A stretch of DNA of 34,962 bases from a virus: the IMG/VR virus record IMGVR_UViG_3300012348_000038. One strand, written 5' to 3'. Below the pieces are notes generated by a model. The model worked only from the letters and a program-made list of their open reading frames with translations, ran no database searches and was not told the origin of the DNA. The translations under genes were made by a program, and so were the position numbers. Below, piece by piece: positions 33,286 to 34,962 of this stretch (position 1 is the stretch's first letter; every line of letters starts with the position of its first letter).

Positions 33286-33326
33286 GATAGTTTCCTCGTA
33301 GTCATGCCAAAGTCGGCATAGATGTA

Positions 33327-33355
33327 ACAATAGATAGCTTTGATATATCTGTCAA
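33327..33355 (-). promoter_or_regulatory. Sigma70-like leftward promoter (TTGACA-17-TATTGT)
   Basis: The reverse complement of 33350-33355 is a perfect TTGACA, and the reverse complement of 33327-33332 is TATTGT. An imperfect palindrome (acAAGTAttTACTTat, 33354-33369) abuts the -35. Confidence 0.55.
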
Positions 33356-33386
33356 CAAGTATTTACTTATCAATCGTTAAATATCC

Positions 33387-33401
33387 ATAAGTAAAACTTA
33401 T
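33387..33401. promoter_or_regulatory. Palindromic operator ATAAGT-aaa-ACTTAT, copy 2
   Basis: Identical to 2242-2256 (the 16-mer 33386-33401 equals 2241-2256). It abuts the -35 of the rightward promoter and is flanked by TCGTTAA direct repeats. Confidence 0.55.
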
Positions 33402-33429
33402 CGTTAAGTTTAATTCAACACAATATAAT
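33401..33429 (+). promoter_or_regulatory. Rightward promoter (weak -35 TCGTTA, 17-nt spacer, perfect TATAAT)
   Basis: TATAAT at 33424-33429. The -35 overlaps the operator. Confidence 0.45.
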
Positions 33430-33464
33430 GATTGTTATCGCTTGCAGGCGATGTTAATTAGAGT

Positions 33465-33548
33465 AGCCATTAGTCAAAGCCCTGCACCTACTCGGTGTCC
33501 TGCAACCAGCCTAACCCGCTGGAGGGTTTTGTCTAGTGGCTTTTTTTT
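33465..33548 (+). ncRNA. 77-nt three-way-junction RNA ending in a U8 intrinsic terminator (sRNA or leader attenuator)
   Basis: The 19-position outer stem pairs 33465-33483 with 33523-33541 (16 Watson-Crick pairs, 2 G-U, 1 mismatch). Inner hairpins are GCACC-tactc-GGTGT and CCAGC-ctaaccc-GCTGG. T8 follows at 33541-33548. The element lies between the promoter and the SD/ATG of the replication gene. Confidence 0.55.
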
Positions 33549-33559
33549 GGAGTAAACAA

Positions 33560-34270
33560 ATGCACTATTACCAATTTAATATTGGTGACTATTATAGCCA
33601 CACAAAACATTTATCGCCCGTCGAGGATATTTGTTATCGCAGAGCATTAGATTATTATTACCTACATGAAGCGCCATTGACAAGCGATATTGCAAAATTA
33701 GCTAGACTTTTAATGGTGACTGAATATCAGATAGAGCTGATGACCGTGCTTGATGAATTCTTTACAGTAGCCACAGAAGGATTTATAAACCCTAGGGCTG
33801 ACAAAGAAATACAGCAATATCAATCATTTAGCGATGCTGGTAAACGTGGGGCGGCTAAGAGGTGGTCAAAGGGTGGTGATAGCGAGGCTATAGGGGGGCT
33901 ATCAGGGGGTGTATCAAAGGCTAATGCTAAACAAGAACCACTAACCATTAAACATAAACCATTAAACAAATACATACCACCAATTCCTGCGGAATTATTA
34001 TCTGAATATCAGGCTATCAGAAAAAGTAAAAAGGCGGCACCACTTACAGAGCGTATGTTTAATGCAATATGCAAGCAAGCTGTAGTGGCAGGCATTACAC
34101 CAGAGCAGGCAATTATTCTATGCTGTGAAAAAGGCTGGACAGGATTTAATGCTGAATGGGTAAAAGATAAGTCAGTCAAACCAATGAAAGGCTATGGCTT
34201 TGTATCTGACGAACAATTTAATGATTGGCTAGAGTCCACACCTACACAAGAAAGGATTGCAAATGAATGA
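33560..34270 (+). CDS. DUF1376 (YdaU)-family replication-associated protein
   Basis: MHYYQFNIGDYYSHTKHLSPVEDICYRRALDYYYLHEAPL is the DUF1376 signature. I prefer the ATG at 33560 (GGAG SD) over the track start at 33536, which lies in the terminator T-run. Confidence 0.8.
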   Translation: MHYYQFNIGDYYSHTKHLSPVEDICYRRALDYYYLHEAPLTSDIAKLARLLMVTEYQIELMTVLDEFFTVATEGFINPRADKEIQQYQSFSDAGKRGAAKRWSKGGDSEAIGGLSGGVSKANAKQEPLTIKHKPLNKYIPPIPAELLSEYQAIRKSKKAAPLTERMFNAICKQAVVAGITPEQAIILCCEKGWTGFNAEWVKDKSVKPMKGYGFVSDEQFNDWLESTPTQERIANE

Positions 34271-34691
34271 TTCAAATAAAAAACAGTTTTGGGGCATGTT
34301 AAATGTGGCCATGGAACTTACCAACAAACCGCCTTTAACTAAAGAAGCCATACTTACTTGGTGGAACTTGCTTTGCAAATATGATTACAGTGTAGTCGAG
34401 AAAGCTGTAAGCCAATGGGTTGATAGTTCAAGCAAGCCGCCTACCCCACATGATATTGCTGGCCTATGCAGGCCTAAAGAGCCTATCTATCAAGCGTTGC
34501 CGGCGCCAGTGAGTTATTCCGAGAATAAAGCTCAAGCTGATAAACTCGCTTTGTTTATACACGAAAAGATTAAACCAAAGACAGATTACCATGCTTGGGC
34601 CAGACGAATCTTAAAGAATCCGCAGAACTTCCCGGAGTCATCAGTGCAGGCAGCCAAAGAGGTGTTAGGTGATAACTACGCGTTGGCATAA
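34263..34691 (+). CDS. Replication accessory protein (helicase-loader-like, tentative)
   Basis: The ATG at 34263 has an AAGGA SD. ILTWWNLLCKYDYSVVEKAVSQWVDSSSKPPTPHDI resembles G39P-type loader motifs. Confidence 0.4.
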   Translation: MNDSNKKQFWGMLNVAMELTNKPPLTKEAILTWWNLLCKYDYSVVEKAVSQWVDSSSKPPTPHDIAGLCRPKEPIYQALPAPVSYSENKAQADKLALFIHEKIKPKTDYHAWARRILKNPQNFPESSVQAAKEVLGDNYALA

Positions 34692-34731
34692 GTGGGGGCC
34701 GACCGCAATAGTAAACTTTAGCCCGGCTAGA

Positions 34732-34908
34732 ATGGATGACGCAACCGTGGCCCGAAGCAAAGGTGGCTATGCAATATCGAAGGCCGTCTCGCAAGGTGCC
34801 ACAATTTATTCAGTTTGGTTGCTGCCCTCGGTTCACTTAGGCAATTATAAAAATGTGGATGAAGCGAAAGAGAAAGTTAGCCAGCATTTGAATGAAAGCA
34901 AGCAATAA
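34732..34908 (+). CDS. Hypothetical small protein (58 aa from ATG 34732; the track ORF starts at GTG 34669)
   Basis: ORF-track ORF. The start is uncertain. It ends 1 nt into the terminal repeat. Confidence 0.4.
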   Translation: MDDATVARSKGGYAISKAVSQGATIYSVWLLPSVHLGNYKNVDEAKEKVSQHLNESKQ

Positions 34909-34962
34909 AAATTGTCTCGCGCCCTTCGCCTATATTTCACTTTTCAGAAAAATGGCAAAAAA
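34908..34962. repeat. Terminal direct repeat, right copy (identical to 1..55)
   Basis: Exact 55-bp match to the window start. Confidence 0.95.

Noticed and set aside
33465-33541. tRNA, because the element is exactly 77 nt with a cloverleaf-like junction.
   Set aside because: The closing stem has 19 positions rather than 7. Only two internal arms are present. There is no GTTCGA-type T-loop or D-loop signature. I saw no tRNA-like sequence anywhere else in the window.
1-34962. CRISPR arrays, integrase/attP, transposase or IS elements, rRNA.
   Set aside because: No repeat-spacer periodicity was seen. No ORF has tyrosine- or serine-recombinase or DDE motifs. No rRNA-like sequence was seen.

Overview
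The window is a complete tailed-phage genome. Bases 1-55 recur exactly at 34908-34962, so the contig closes on itself with a unique length of 34,907 bp.

Genome layout:
- A long plus-strand block (3575-28298) has a T7-like short-tail gene order. It carries RHH protein, RusA, TerS, TerL, portal, scaffold, major capsid, tubular proteins A and B, internal virion proteins and two tail fibres. These are followed by an envelope/lysis cluster, a GIY-YIG homing endonuclease, holin, endolysin and a metallophosphoesterase.
- One minus-strand early operon (33285 down to 28295) carries a Rad52-like annealase, a YqaJ-type exonuclease, a mini SSB, DUF3310 and HTH proteins.
- A second minus-strand early operon (2092 down to 343) consists of small unknown genes.
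- A short plus-strand replication operon (33560-34908) starts with a DUF1376/YdaU-like protein.
- I found no integrase, polymerase, reverse transcriptase, tRNA or CRISPR array.

Most notable observations:
1. An unannotated 23-codon ORF at 28623-28694 is an unmistakable PqqA, the PQQ precursor peptide. No other pqq gene is present.
2. A 77-nt three-way-junction RNA plus U8 terminator sits between a sigma70-like promoter and the replication genes.
3. Three signal- or anchor-bearing envelope proteins lie upstream of the lysis genes. One is a Cys-repeat/polyproline protein whose gene overlaps both neighbours, and no canonical o-spanin is present.
4. A 720-bp non-coding region contains a GC-rich structured island.
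5. A 16-bp palindrome-containing sequence is shared by two control regions, one of which is clearly divergent.

Functional calls rest on motif recognition by eye. No database search was run.
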